This document shows, piece by piece, positions 19,894 through 30,555 of a stretch of DNA of 64,000 bases. The notes under the pieces are model-generated. The model did no database searches. It was not told where the DNA came from and saw only the letters and a program-made list of their open reading frames with translations. Both the position numbers and the translations under genes were made by a program. Position 1 is the stretch's first letter. The number at the start of each line of letters is the position of its first letter. This DNA comes from Thermoanaerobaculia bacterium (GTDB lineage: Bacteria > Acidobacteriota > Thermoanaerobaculia > Gp7-AA8), in contig DASXHZ010000058.1 of the NCBI GenBank assembly GCA_036488085.1, positions 69,468-133,467 on the forward strand, in the 5' to 3' direction.

Positions 19894-20697
19894 GTGTATC
19901 CGACACTCGTAAAGTTCGGCAACTTCGAAATCACCACGTTCGGCCTGATGATGTTCCTCGCGTTCGTCGCGGCCGGATGGGTGCTCACGCGCCAGTTCCG
20001 CCGCTACGGCCTCTCCGACGATCTCGCGTCGACGATGGTGATGGCGGCGGCGATCGGCGGGATCGTCGGCGCGAAGGTCTACTACGCGATCCTCTATCAC
20101 TCGTGGGCCGAGCTCTTCTCCCGCGCGGGGCTCGTCTGGTACGGAGGGCTCCTCGGCGGCGCGGTCGCCTGCTCGTTCGTCATCGTCCGCAACAAGGTCG
20201 ATTTCCTCGTCGCCGCCGACGCTGCCGCTCCCGCGCTCGCAATCGGCTATGCGTTGGGACGCATCGGATGCCTTCTCGTCGGCGACGACTACGGCGCACC
20301 GACGAACGGCTGGTGGGGCATCGCCTTCCCGAAAGGCTCGCCGCCGACGACTGCGTACTCGCTCCGCGAGTTCGGCGTGCACGTCAGTCCCGCGATTCCC
20401 GACAATGCGGTGCTGAGAGTGCATCCCACCCAGATCTACGAGTCGCTCTCCGCGTTCGTCATGTTCCTGATCCTGATGCGCGTCGAGTCGCGTCCGCACC
20501 GGAAGGGCACAGCCTTCGCGCTCTTCCTCATCCTCATGGGCATCGAACGCTTCCTCGTCGAAATCGTCCGCGCCAAAGACGACCGCTTCCTCGGCCCGTT
20601 CACCATCGCCCAACTGATCAGCGTTTTGATCGTGGTGATTGGGATTGTGTTGCTGTCTCGCTCTTCGCGCCGTGCTGACTCGTTTCCGTCATCCTGA
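19894..20697 (+). CDS. lgt: Prolipoprotein diacylglyceryl transferase
   Basis: GRIGCLLVGDDYG and HPTQIYES signature motifs. GTG start chosen just after the DUF4388 stop (track ORF begins at 19819). Confidence 0.85.
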   Translation: MYPTLVKFGNFEITTFGLMMFLAFVAAGWVLTRQFRRYGLSDDLASTMVMAAAIGGIVGAKVYYAILYHSWAELFSRAGLVWYGGLLGGAVACSFVIVRNKVDFLVAADAAAPALAIGYALGRIGCLLVGDDYGAPTNGWWGIAFPKGSPPTTAYSLREFGVHVSPAIPDNAVLRVHPTQIYESLSAFVMFLILMRVESRPHRKGTAFALFLILMGIERFLVEIVRAKDDRFLGPFTIAQLISVLIVVIGIVLLSRSSRRADSFPSS

Positions 20698-21063
20698 GCT
20701 TGGCGGAGCGGCGAAGCCCGTATGTAGGGTGCGGCTCTTAGCCGCACCACGGCCGGCTAAGAGCCGGCCCCTACACAACCCCGCAGCATCCGCGAAATCT
20801 CCCCTCGTCATCCTGAGTCGCCGAAGCCGCGAAGCGGCGCAGGACGGCGAAGGAACTCAAGATGTGAGGCAGGAGCCACATGCAGCGCATTCTGAGATCC
20901 TTCGCTGCGCTACGCGGCTTCGCCGCTCCGCCAAGCTCAGGATGACGGAACGAGATTTCTTCACAGCCTCTCAGGATGACGGAGTTGTTTGTGCATCGCC
21001 GTTTGGACTGACCCGCGCGGTGTAACCGGAGATCCTTCCGCTGCGCTGCGCTCCGCGTCAGGA
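20686..21063. repeat. Cluster of at least five direct and inverted copies of a REP/MITE-like element with core GTCATCCTGAG / CTCAGGATGAC (GCGAAGGA variants)
   Basis: 33-bp perfect inverted repeat at 20688-20720 vs 20913-20945. Nested palindrome at 20734-20786. Further copies at 20804, 20890, 20955 and 21018-21063. Confidence 0.8.
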
Positions 21064-22116
21064 TCGACTCTTGCGAGCCTTGGCGACGATCGCCTTCCCC
21101 CGCGCGTCGCTGACGCTGTTGTTCATCACCTCGGCCTGCTGGGCGTTGAGCTTCGCGCCTTTCGCGACGAGGGCGTCGGCGGCGTCGAAGCGGCTCATCA
21201 CAAGGGCGATCATGAGCGGCGTCATGCTGCTGCCGTTCATCGCGTTGACGTCGGCGCCTGCCGCGAGGAGGCGGTTCACGACTTTGGCGCCGCAGTACTG
21301 CGCCGCGGTGATGAGGGGCGTGTTGGCGTTGTCGTCTTTCCGCTTCACGTCGGCGCCTTTGGTGACGAGGAGGTCGACGACGTTGGCGATCAGGTCCGTC
21401 TCGCCTTCGCGCGAGCAGCCGGTCATCGCCGCGAGGAGCGGCGTATCGTTGCCGCCCTCGCCGTCGACCGGCACGCCGGCTTTGAGGAGCTGTTTCACGT
21501 CCTCGTAGTTCGCTTCGAACGCGGCTCGATGGAGCGAGTCGGCAGACACGTCGATCTCGCGGATGCGCAGGTACTCCAGCGCGTCTTTCTCTCCCTCGGC
21601 ACTCTTCGGCTTGAGGGTCGCCGCCGGCGAGTCGGTGCGCATCGACGAGATGTAGTTCTGCAGGATTTCGCCGCGGCTCTTCACGTAGTCGTCGGAGTCT
21701 TTGAGCGCCATCGCGGTGACCTGGTCCAGCGCGTCGCGCGACGCGCCCATGTCGCGTAACCCGAGAATCGCGTCGCCGCGGAGGAACGTCGAGTTCGAGC
21801 GGTTCGCGGCGATCGAGAGGAGGATCGGCGTCATCTGCGCGATGACGTACTCCTTCACGGCGGCCGGACTCGTGCCGTTCGCGCGTCCGAGGTCGATGAT
21901 CGCCGAGACCAGATGTTTCTGGTCGTCGTCATCTTTCGACGTGCGGAGCATCTCGATGAGCGGCCCGATGTCGCGCGCCGCATCGACGTTGCCGGCTTCG
22001 ATCGCCTCCTTCGCGCGGTCGGTGAGTTTGCCGACCTTCCCGGACTGATCCGCGAACGCGGAGTGGGCGAGGAGTGCTACGAGTCCGAGGATGCCGAGAG
22101 CCCGCATCGATCGCAT
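21058..22116 (-). CDS. Secreted ankyrin-repeat protein
   Basis: Signal peptide MRSMRALGILGLVALLAHSAFA. Several ANK repeats (TPLLAAM...GADV, TPLITAA...GADVNA, TPLMIA). Its stop codon lies inside a repeat element. Confidence 0.75.
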   Translation of the reverse strand: MRSMRALGILGLVALLAHSAFADQSGKVGKLTDRAKEAIEAGNVDAARDIGPLIEMLRTSKDDDDQKHLVSAIIDLGRANGTSPAAVKEYVIAQMTPILLSIAANRSNSTFLRGDAILGLRDMGASRDALDQVTAMALKDSDDYVKSRGEILQNYISSMRTDSPAATLKPKSAEGEKDALEYLRIREIDVSADSLHRAAFEANYEDVKQLLKAGVPVDGEGGNDTPLLAAMTGCSREGETDLIANVVDLLVTKGADVKRKDDNANTPLITAAQYCGAKVVNRLLAAGADVNAMNGSSMTPLMIALVMSRFDAADALVAKGAKLNAQQAEVMNNSVSDARGKAIVAKARKSRS

Positions 22117-22150
22117 GGTGACGCTCCTTTGTGTTTGTGCGTGAATCATA

Positions 22151-23326
22151 ATGGCTGCGATGTCGCGGTTCACCTTCGTTTCGGCCGGCGAGTCGCACGG
22201 CCCGCAGCTCACCGTCATCGTCACCGGAATGCCGGCGGGCGTGTGTCTCGATCGCGACCGGATCAATCTCGACCTGAAGCGCCGCCAGCATGGCTACGGG
22301 CGCGGCGGCCGGATGAAGATCGAGTCGGATGAGGTGGAGATCGCCGGCGGCGTGCGCGGAGGCGAGACGCTCGGATCGCCGATCGCGATCGTGGTCCGCA
22401 ATCGCGACTACGAAAACTGGCGCGGCGCGATGGATCCGTGGACGCTCGATGAAGCGGAGACGAAGAAACGCCGCGTGCACGCGCCGCGTCCCGGCCATGT
22501 CGATCTGATCGGCGGCATGAAGTACGACCGCCGCGACCTCCGCGACGTCCTCGAACGCGCGTCGGCTCGCGAGACCGCTTCCCGCGTTGCCGCCGGCGCG
22601 ATCGGGAAGGAGCTCCTGCGCCACTTCGGCATCGAGATCCGTTCGGGGGTCGTCTCGGTGGGTGACGCCGGCGATCCCGACTACGCACCAAGCTGGGACG
22701 AGCTGGCCGCAGTCGACGACGAGTCGCCGCTCCGCGCCGTCAACCGCGAACACGAGCCGGCAATGATCGCTGCCGTCGATCGCGCGCGCGAGCTCGGCGA
22801 GACGCTCGGCGGAACGATCGTCGCCGCCGCCCGCGGCGTTCCGATTGGTCTCGGGTCATACGTTCAATGGACGGAGAAGCTCGACGGCCGCATCGCGCAG
22901 GCGATTCTGTCGATCCACGCCGTGAAAGCCGTCTCGATCGGCGACGGCGTCGCGAACGCCCGCCGCCTCGGCTCCGAGGTGCACGACCCGATCGAGTTCG
23001 ACGGCGCGTACAAGCGGACCTCGAATCGCGCCGGCGGTCTCGAAGGCGGTGTCACGAACGGTGAGGACGTCGTCGTCCGTGCCTACATGAAGCCGATCTC
23101 CACGCTCCGCCGCGGCCTGCCGTCGGTCGACATCGAGACGCACGAGGCGCACCGCTCGCAGTGGGAGCGGAGCGACGTCACTGCCGTGCCGGCCTGCGGC
23201 GTCGTCTGCGAGGCGATGCTCGCGATCGCCCTGGCCGACGCCATGCGCGAGAAGTTCGGCGGCGACTCCCTCGCCGAGATGCGCCGCAACTACGACGCCT
23301 ACATCGCACAGCTCGCGCGCTTCTGA
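22151..23326 (+). CDS. aroC: Chorismate synthase
   Basis: RFTFVSAGESHGP N-terminus and conserved AroC blocks. An alternative start is at 22160. Confidence 0.9.
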   Translation: MAAMSRFTFVSAGESHGPQLTVIVTGMPAGVCLDRDRINLDLKRRQHGYGRGGRMKIESDEVEIAGGVRGGETLGSPIAIVVRNRDYENWRGAMDPWTLDEAETKKRRVHAPRPGHVDLIGGMKYDRRDLRDVLERASARETASRVAAGAIGKELLRHFGIEIRSGVVSVGDAGDPDYAPSWDELAAVDDESPLRAVNREHEPAMIAAVDRARELGETLGGTIVAAARGVPIGLGSYVQWTEKLDGRIAQAILSIHAVKAVSIGDGVANARRLGSEVHDPIEFDGAYKRTSNRAGGLEGGVTNGEDVVVRAYMKPISTLRRGLPSVDIETHEAHRSQWERSDVTAVPACGVVCEAMLAIALADAMREKFGGDSLAEMRRNYDAYIAQLARF

Positions 23327-23365
23327 TCCGCTCCTGGCGCTTCTGTGTGGTTCTGCCACACAGAA
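23327..23365 (+). terminator. 12-bp-stem hairpin (GCTTCTGTGTGG/CCACACAGAAGC) directly after the aroC stop
   Basis: Perfect inverted repeat with a 5-nt loop; no U-tract. Confidence 0.4.
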
Positions 23366-23760
23366 GCCAGTCTGCAGCCCGCAAACGCGGAGTTGCACCC
23401 TGCATCCGCCAGTCTGCAGCCCGCAAACCCGCAGTTGCAGCCTGCATACGGCGGTCTGCACCGCCGCACACACGGGGATGCAGCCTGCATACGGCGGTCT
23501 GCACCGCCGCGCACACCGGGATGCACCCTGCATACGGCGGTCTGCACCCCCGCACACACCGCGATGCGGCCTGCAACCGGCGGTCTGCGCCCCCGCACAC
23601 GCCGGGATGCAGCCTGCATACGGCGGTCTGCACCCCGCAGACACCGGGATGCGCCCTGCATACGGCGGTCTGCACCCCGCAGACACCGAGATGCACCCTT
23701 GCATACGGCGGTCTGCACCCCGCAGACACCGAGATGCACCCTGCATCCGGCGGGCGACGG
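23366..23760. repeat. Tandem array: two ~44-bp units followed by about eight 42-43-bp units (ATGCAGCCTGCATACGGCGGTCTGCACC...)
   Basis: Head-to-tail direct repeats read in the sequence. Each unit carries the dyad ATGCAGcCTGCAT and CGGCGG-TCTGCA-CCGCCG. Confidence 0.85.
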
Positions 23761-23887
23761 CGTGCATCGCGAGGTGTGCTCCGTGCAACTGGCGATTTCC
23801 CCGCCGCATCTGAGGTGTGGCGACGGCAATCTTGCCGGCGACGGTCGCCAGACAGAAGCGGCGGGTTCGGTCATACTCGTTCGCGGC

Positions 23888-24991
23888 ATGCGGCATCTGT
23901 TTCCGGTCACGAAAAACCTCGTCTACTTCAACCACGCGGCCGTTGGGCCGCTGTCGACGCGGGCGGCCGAGGCGATGGAGCGGTTCGTCCGCGACCAGCG
24001 CGACTACGGGGCCTTGCACTGGCGGGAGTGGTACGCCGAATACGACCGTTTCCGCGAGTCGGCGGCGCGGCTGTTGAACGCCGAGCCGGGCGAGATCGCG
24101 ATCCTGAAGAACACGAGCGAGGCGCTCTCGTTCGTGGCGCAGGGGATCCGCTGGCGCGCCGGAGACAACGTGGTCACGACCGCGCTGGAGTTCCCACCGA
24201 ACGTCTCGCCATGGCGCAGTCTCGAGCCGCGGGGAGTCGAGACGCGCGTCGCGAAGAATGCGACGGTCGCGGAGATCGCGCCGCTGGTCGACGAGCGGAC
24301 GCGTGTCGTCACGGTCGCATCGGTCGCGTTCCACAACGGCTTCGTGGCGGACCTCGACGCCATCGGCGATTTCTGCGCCGAACGTCAAATTCTCTTCTGT
24401 GTGGATGCCATCCAGTCCCTCGGCATGCTGCCGCTCGACGTCCGCCGCGCCAAGATCTCCTTCCTCGGCGCCGACTCGCACAAGTGGATCTGCGGTCCCG
24501 AGGGGGCGACCATCTTCTTCGTGGCGCGGGAGCAGATCGAGGAGCTGGACGTCTTCGAGCACGGCTGGACGAACGTGGTGCGTCGCGGCGCCAGCTTTCT
24601 CGATGCATCGACGCAACTTGTACCCGACGCGAAGCGCTTCGAGGCGGGATCGCTGAACAGCGGCGGCATCCACGCCGCCCGCGCCGCGATCGACCTCTTG
24701 CTGGAGGTGGGAATCGACGAGATCGCTCAGCGCGTCATCGCGGTGGCCACGTCCCTGGCAGACGGATTGGAGTCGATCGGCTACCGCGTCGTGCGCCCGA
24801 TCCGCTCCGGAATCGTCGCCGCCGCTCCACAGGGAGTAGACGGCCGCGAGTTGCTCCGCCTCCATGGCGAGCTCGAAAAAGAGCGTGTGATCTGCTCTCC
24901 GCGCGAAGGGATGCTGCGGTTTTCGCCGCATTTCTACAACACCACCGAAGAGGCGGAACGCGTCGTCGAGGTACTGAGCCGGTTACACTAG
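23888..24991 (+). CDS. PLP-dependent class V aminotransferase (cysteine desulfurase / selenocysteine lyase-like)
   Basis: GADSHKWICGPEG PLP-lysine block. The N-terminal 181 codons of the track ORF are translated tandem repeat and were rejected. Confidence 0.75.
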   Translation: MRHLFPVTKNLVYFNHAAVGPLSTRAAEAMERFVRDQRDYGALHWREWYAEYDRFRESAARLLNAEPGEIAILKNTSEALSFVAQGIRWRAGDNVVTTALEFPPNVSPWRSLEPRGVETRVAKNATVAEIAPLVDERTRVVTVASVAFHNGFVADLDAIGDFCAERQILFCVDAIQSLGMLPLDVRRAKISFLGADSHKWICGPEGATIFFVAREQIEELDVFEHGWTNVVRRGASFLDASTQLVPDAKRFEAGSLNSGGIHAARAAIDLLLEVGIDEIAQRVIAVATSLADGLESIGYRVVRPIRSGIVAAAPQGVDGRELLRLHGELEKERVICSPREGMLRFSPHFYNTTEEAERVVEVLSRLH

Positions 24992-24995
24992 TCGC

Positions 24996-26309
24996 ATGTT
25001 GACGACGATCGTTGTTCTCGTCGCCATCGTTGCGATGGCGGGTGTGTGGGTGTGGGCGCAGCGGGCGATTGCAGAGCGCGATCTGGCAGTCGTCGAACGA
25101 GCGAAGGCCGAAGCGCGCGCCCTGGAGCTCCAGAGGCGGCTCGACGAAGCGCAGCAGGCGCGCGTCGTGGCGGAATCGAAGGCGCAGCATCTCGAGTCGT
25201 CGCGCGAGCAGATCGAAAGCACGTTCGTGGCGCTCGCGCAGCGCGCGTTCCAGCAGGTCGGCGAGTCGCTCGTGACCACCAGCAAGACGCAGATCAACGG
25301 CTCGCTCGATACGAAGAAGGCGGAGATCGACGCCCTGCTCAAGCCGCTGCGCGAGATGATCGAGTCCTACCGCGGCGAGCTGACGAAGAGCGAGCACGTG
25401 CGGAACGAGGTCTACGGCGGACTGCAGGAGCAGATCCGCGCGCTGATGACGGCGAACGAGGCGTCCTACCGCGAGGCGTCGCGGCTCGCGAACGCGCTGC
25501 AGTCGCCGACCGTCCGCGGCTCGTGGGGCGAGTCGTCGCTCCGGCGCTGCATCGAGCTCGCCGGCATGAGCGAGTTCTGCGACTTCACCGTCCAGGAGAC
25601 GTTCTTCGACGACGAAGGACGCCGCCGCCGGCCCGACGTCGTCGTGCAGCTCCCGAACACGCGAATGATCGCGATCGACGCGAAGGTGCCGCTGGAGGAC
25701 TACACCCACGCCGCCAACGAGACGGACGACCTGCGCCGCCGTGAGTTTCTGGCGGCGCACGCCAAGACGGTGCGGCGCCACATCGACTCGCTCAGCAAGC
25801 GCGAATATCAGGCGGCCATCAGCGACACGCTCGACTTCGTCGTCCTCTTCGTGCCGGGCGAGCATTTCCTGTCCGCCGCACTGGTGACCGATCCGACCAT
25901 CTTCGACTACGCCGCCGACAAGAAGATCTACCTCGCGTCTCCGACCGTGCTCCTCCCGCTGCTCCGCGCGATCAACGCCGGATGGAAGGCGGAGCGGACG
26001 GAAGAGAACGCGAAGAAGATGCACGACGCGGGCGTGGAGCTGTTCAACCGCTTCGTGAAGGTGATGGAGCACATCCAGAACGTCGGCCGCGCGCTGGCGA
26101 GCACGGTCGAGAAGTACAACGGCGCCATCGGCTCGATCGACCGCATGCTCTGGCCGAAGGGCGAAGAGATGCAGCGGATGGCCGGCAGCGGCAAGGACCT
26201 CGGCGACCTCAAACAGCTCGAGGTCATTCCGCTGGAGTCGACGAAGCTGCGGCTCACGATGCAGGCGAGCGAGCCCGGCGAAGTCGTTCCTTTACGCAGC
26301 GCGGAATGA
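24996..26309 (+). CDS. rmuC: DNA recombination protein RmuC
   Basis: N-terminal TM helix, long coiled coil, GSWGESSLRRCIELAGM and the conserved C-terminal RmuC domain. Confidence 0.85.
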   Translation: MLTTIVVLVAIVAMAGVWVWAQRAIAERDLAVVERAKAEARALELQRRLDEAQQARVVAESKAQHLESSREQIESTFVALAQRAFQQVGESLVTTSKTQINGSLDTKKAEIDALLKPLREMIESYRGELTKSEHVRNEVYGGLQEQIRALMTANEASYREASRLANALQSPTVRGSWGESSLRRCIELAGMSEFCDFTVQETFFDDEGRRRRPDVVVQLPNTRMIAIDAKVPLEDYTHAANETDDLRRREFLAAHAKTVRRHIDSLSKREYQAAISDTLDFVVLFVPGEHFLSAALVTDPTIFDYAADKKIYLASPTVLLPLLRAINAGWKAERTEENAKKMHDAGVELFNRFVKVMEHIQNVGRALASTVEKYNGAIGSIDRMLWPKGEEMQRMAGSGKDLGDLKQLEVIPLESTKLRLTMQASEPGEVVPLRSAE

Positions 26310-26407
26310 CGTGTTACCCTCCGCCGCCATGATGACCAAGTCCCTTCCTCAGGAGAACGAGTCGATGACGGTCGACTCGCGTCTTTGGCTCTGCCGCTAG
26401 CCAAGCT

Positions 26408-26974
26408 ATTGTCGTAATCGACAACTACGATTCCTTCACCTACAACCTGGTCCAGCAGATCGAACGCCTCGCCGGCGTCTCGCTGACGGTCGTCCGCAAC
26501 GACGCGTTCGAGCCGGCAGCGCTTATCGAAAGCGCGCCGCGCGCGATCGTGATCTCGCCCGGACCAGGGACGCCATCGCGAGCGGGCCGCTGCATCGAGC
26601 TCGTGCGCGCCAATCAAAGCATTCCGCTCCTCGGGGTCTGCCTCGGGCATCAGGCGATCGCCGAGGCGTTCGGCGCGCGCGTTGTTCGCGGCAGCGTTCC
26701 GGTACATGGCAAGGTCACGGAGGTCGTCCATCGCGGTGATCGGCTGTTCGCGAACTGCGACTCGCCGATGAGCACCGCGCGGTACCACTCGCTGGTCATC
26801 GAGCACGAGTCGCTGCCGCCGGAACTGCTCGTCGACGCCGAAACGCCCGACGGCGTCGTCATGGCGGTCTCGCATCGCGATCGTCCACTCTTCGGCATTC
26901 AGTTTCATCCGGAGTCGTACGGCACGATCGGCGGCGATCAGTTGATCCGGAACTTCCTGGAGGTGGCGCGATGA
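26408..26974 (+). CDS. trpG: Anthranilate synthase component II (glutamine amidotransferase)
   Basis: IVVIDNYDSFTYNLVQ, GVCLGHQ and HPES motifs. No in-frame ATG/GTG/TTG between the upstream stop (26366) and the conserved N-terminus, so an ATT start at 26408 is inferred. Confidence 0.8.
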   Translation: MVVIDNYDSFTYNLVQQIERLAGVSLTVVRNDAFEPAALIESAPRAIVISPGPGTPSRAGRCIELVRANQSIPLLGVCLGHQAIAEAFGARVVRGSVPVHGKVTEVVHRGDRLFANCDSPMSTARYHSLVIEHESLPPELLVDAETPDGVVMAVSHRDRPLFGIQFHPESYGTIGGDQLIRNFLEVAR

Positions 26975-27990
26975 TCGACAAGGCGATCAAGCGGGTGGTG
27001 GATGGTCACGATCTCGATCGTGACGAGATGCACACAGTGTTCGGCGAGGTGATGGACGGGAAGGCGACCGACGTCCAGAAGGCGGCGCTTCTCATCGCAT
27101 TGCGGATGAAAGGGGAGACGCCGGAAGAGATCACCGGCGCGGCGCTCGCGATGCGCGAACGGGTGACGCCGCTGAACGTCGACCGCGAAGAGCTCGTAGA
27201 CACGTGCGGCACGGGCGGAGACGGCCGCGGGACGTTCAACATCTCCACCATCGCGGCGATCGTCGCGGCGGCGGCGGGAGCGAATGTCGCGAAACACGGC
27301 AACCGAGCCGTGTCGTCGGCGTGCGGAAGCGCGGATCTGCTCACCGCTCTCGGCGTTGACATCGACCTGGACGCGCCACGCATGTCGCGGGTGCTCGACG
27401 AGATCGGCATAGCATTCCTCTTTGCGCCGAAGCTTCATCCGGCGATGGGCGCCGTCGCGCCGATCCGCCGCGAGCTCGGCGTCCGGACGATCTTCAATGT
27501 CCTCGGTCCGCTCACGAATCCCGCTTTCGCGCGGCGGCAGGTCCTCGGCGTCTACGCGGAACACCTCGTCGCAGTGGTCGCGCGGGTGCTCCTCGCGCTC
27601 GGCACCGACCACGCCATGGTCGTGCACAGCCACGACGGACTCGACGAGATTTCGATCTCGGCGCCGACGCACGTCTGCGAAGTCGTTGACGGTGAGATTC
27701 GCGATTTCACGGTCGAGCCCGAGGCGCTCGGCGTCTCGCGGGCGTCGATCGAGGAGGTCGCCGGCGGCGACGCGGCCGAGAACGCGCGCATCGCGCTGGC
27801 GGTCCTCTCAGGCGAAACGGACGGCGCGCGACGCGACATCGTCGCGGTGAACGCGGGGGCGGCGCTGTACGTCAGCGGCGCGGTCTCGACGCTCCGTGAC
27901 GGCGTGGCCCTCGCGAGCAACACGATCGCGAGCGGCGCCGCCATGCGGAAGCTGGAGCAACTGGTGAGTGCCACGAAGGAGCGTGCGTGA
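26971..27990 (+). CDS. trpD: Anthranilate phosphoribosyltransferase
   Basis: GTGGDG and KHGNRAVSS motifs. Confidence 0.9.
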   Translation: MIDKAIKRVVDGHDLDRDEMHTVFGEVMDGKATDVQKAALLIALRMKGETPEEITGAALAMRERVTPLNVDREELVDTCGTGGDGRGTFNISTIAAIVAAAAGANVAKHGNRAVSSACGSADLLTALGVDIDLDAPRMSRVLDEIGIAFLFAPKLHPAMGAVAPIRRELGVRTIFNVLGPLTNPAFARRQVLGVYAEHLVAVVARVLLALGTDHAMVVHSHDGLDEISISAPTHVCEVVDGEIRDFTVEPEALGVSRASIEEVAGGDAAENARIALAVLSGETDGARRDIVAVNAGAALYVSGAVSTLRDGVALASNTIASGAAMRKLEQLVSATKERA

Positions 27991-28757
27991 ACGACGTACT
28001 GCAGAGAATCGTCGATCACACGAAGGCGCGCATTCCGAACGAGCCCGCCGACCGCGCGGCAGCGGAACGCGCGGCCGCAAGCCGCAAGCCGTTCGCGTTC
28101 ATCAAGGCGCTCGCACGCGAGGGCGTGAACGTCATCGCGGAGATCAAGTCGGCATCCCCCTCGGCCGGCGCGATCGTGGAGAACCCGCCGGTCGAGGCGA
28201 TCGCCTCCGACTATGCGCGCGGCGGCGCCGCTGCGATCTCGATCGTCACGGAGCCGGAGTTTTTCCGCGGCTCCCGAGCATGGATCGAACGCGCGAAAAC
28301 GGCCGGGCTCCCGGTCGTGATGAAAGACTTCGTCGTCTCGCCGTCGCAGATCACGAACGGCGTCGCGGCGGGGGCGGACGCGATGCTGCTGCTCGCCTCG
28401 CTCCTCGACGCACGCCGCATCGCCGAGTTCATCGGACTGCTCGACGCCTACGGCTGCGATGCTCTCGTCGAGGTCCATGACGAGGAGGAGCTGACGCGTG
28501 CCATCGACGGCGGTGCGCGCATCATCGGCGTCAACAACCGCAACCTCCGCGATTTCAGCGTCGATCTCTCGACCTCCGAGCGACTCTCCGCATTGATGCC
28601 GCCGGATGCGATCCGCGTGGCGGAGAGCGGCATCAAGACACGAGACGACATCGAACGCCTCCGCGGTGCGCACTTCCATGCGTTCCTGGTCGGTGAATCA
28701 CTCCTGCGGCAGAATGACCGCGCCGCGGCAGTCGCGGCGCTCGTGAACGAATCATGA
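27987..28757 (+). CDS. trpC: Indole-3-glycerol phosphate synthase
   Basis: IAEIKSASPSAG block and conserved TIM-barrel residues. Confidence 0.9.
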   Translation: MNDVLQRIVDHTKARIPNEPADRAAAERAAASRKPFAFIKALAREGVNVIAEIKSASPSAGAIVENPPVEAIASDYARGGAAAISIVTEPEFFRGSRAWIERAKTAGLPVVMKDFVVSPSQITNGVAAGADAMLLLASLLDARRIAEFIGLLDAYGCDALVEVHDEEELTRAIDGGARIIGVNNRNLRDFSVDLSTSERLSALMPPDAIRVAESGIKTRDDIERLRGAHFHAFLVGESLLRQNDRAAAVAALVNES

Positions 28758-29361
28758 AAGTGAAAATCTGTGGTCTGACTCGCGAGGAAGACGCGCTCTT
28801 TGCCGCCGAGTGCGGCGCCGACTTCCTCGGTTTCATCTTCGTGGAAGACTCGCCGCGCTTCGTCGACGCCGATCATGTGGCGCAGATCGCAGACGCCGTC
28901 CGCGGGCGATCGAATCCACCGAAGATCGTCGGCGTCTTCCGCAATGCCTCGCACGAGCGGATGCGCGACGTCGCCGCCCGCTCCACGCTCGATCTCATCC
29001 AGCTTCACGGCACGGAGCGCGACGACGACATCCCGGCGCTCGGCATTCCAGCGATCAAGACACTCCACGTCGGCGCCGCGCTGCCCGACACGTCCGCGCA
29101 CGCAAACGCGTCGTGGCTTCTGTTCGACACCTACAACGACCGCCTCGCCGGCGGGATGGGGAAGCGCTTCGACTGGTCGCTGCTGACGCAGTTTGAACGC
29201 GCGAAACCGTTCTTCCTCTCGGGCGGCATCACACCGGAGAACGCTGCGGTCGCGATCAGCACGGTGCGGCCCGACGCCATCGATCTCGCCAGCGGCGTCG
29301 AGTCGTCGCCCGGTGTCAAGGACCACGCGAAGATCGCGCAGCTCTTCGAGCGGGTGAAACG

Positions 29362-29365
<4 letters not shown>
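28754..29365 (+). CDS. trpF: Phosphoribosylanthranilate isomerase
   Basis: [10 protein letters not shown]-terminus, PRAI fold. Confidence 0.88.

Positions 29366-30532
<1,167 letters not shown>

Positions 30533-30555
<23 letters not shown>

Noticed and set aside
23366-23760. Tandem repeat array that might have been a CRISPR locus
   Set aside because: The units are contiguous 42-43-bp near-identical copies. The variable positions are point differences, not unique 30-40-bp spacers. No cas genes are nearby.
23345-23887. N-terminal 181 codons of track ORF 23345..24991 (ACIRRSAPP... repeats)
   Set aside because: They are simply the 43-bp tandem repeat translated. The conserved class V aminotransferase N-terminus starts at the ATG at 23888.
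26549-26974. Track start (ATG 26549) for trpG
   Set aside because: It would delete the conserved amidotransferase N-terminus (IVVIDNYDSFTYNL...), which is encoded in-frame from 26408.
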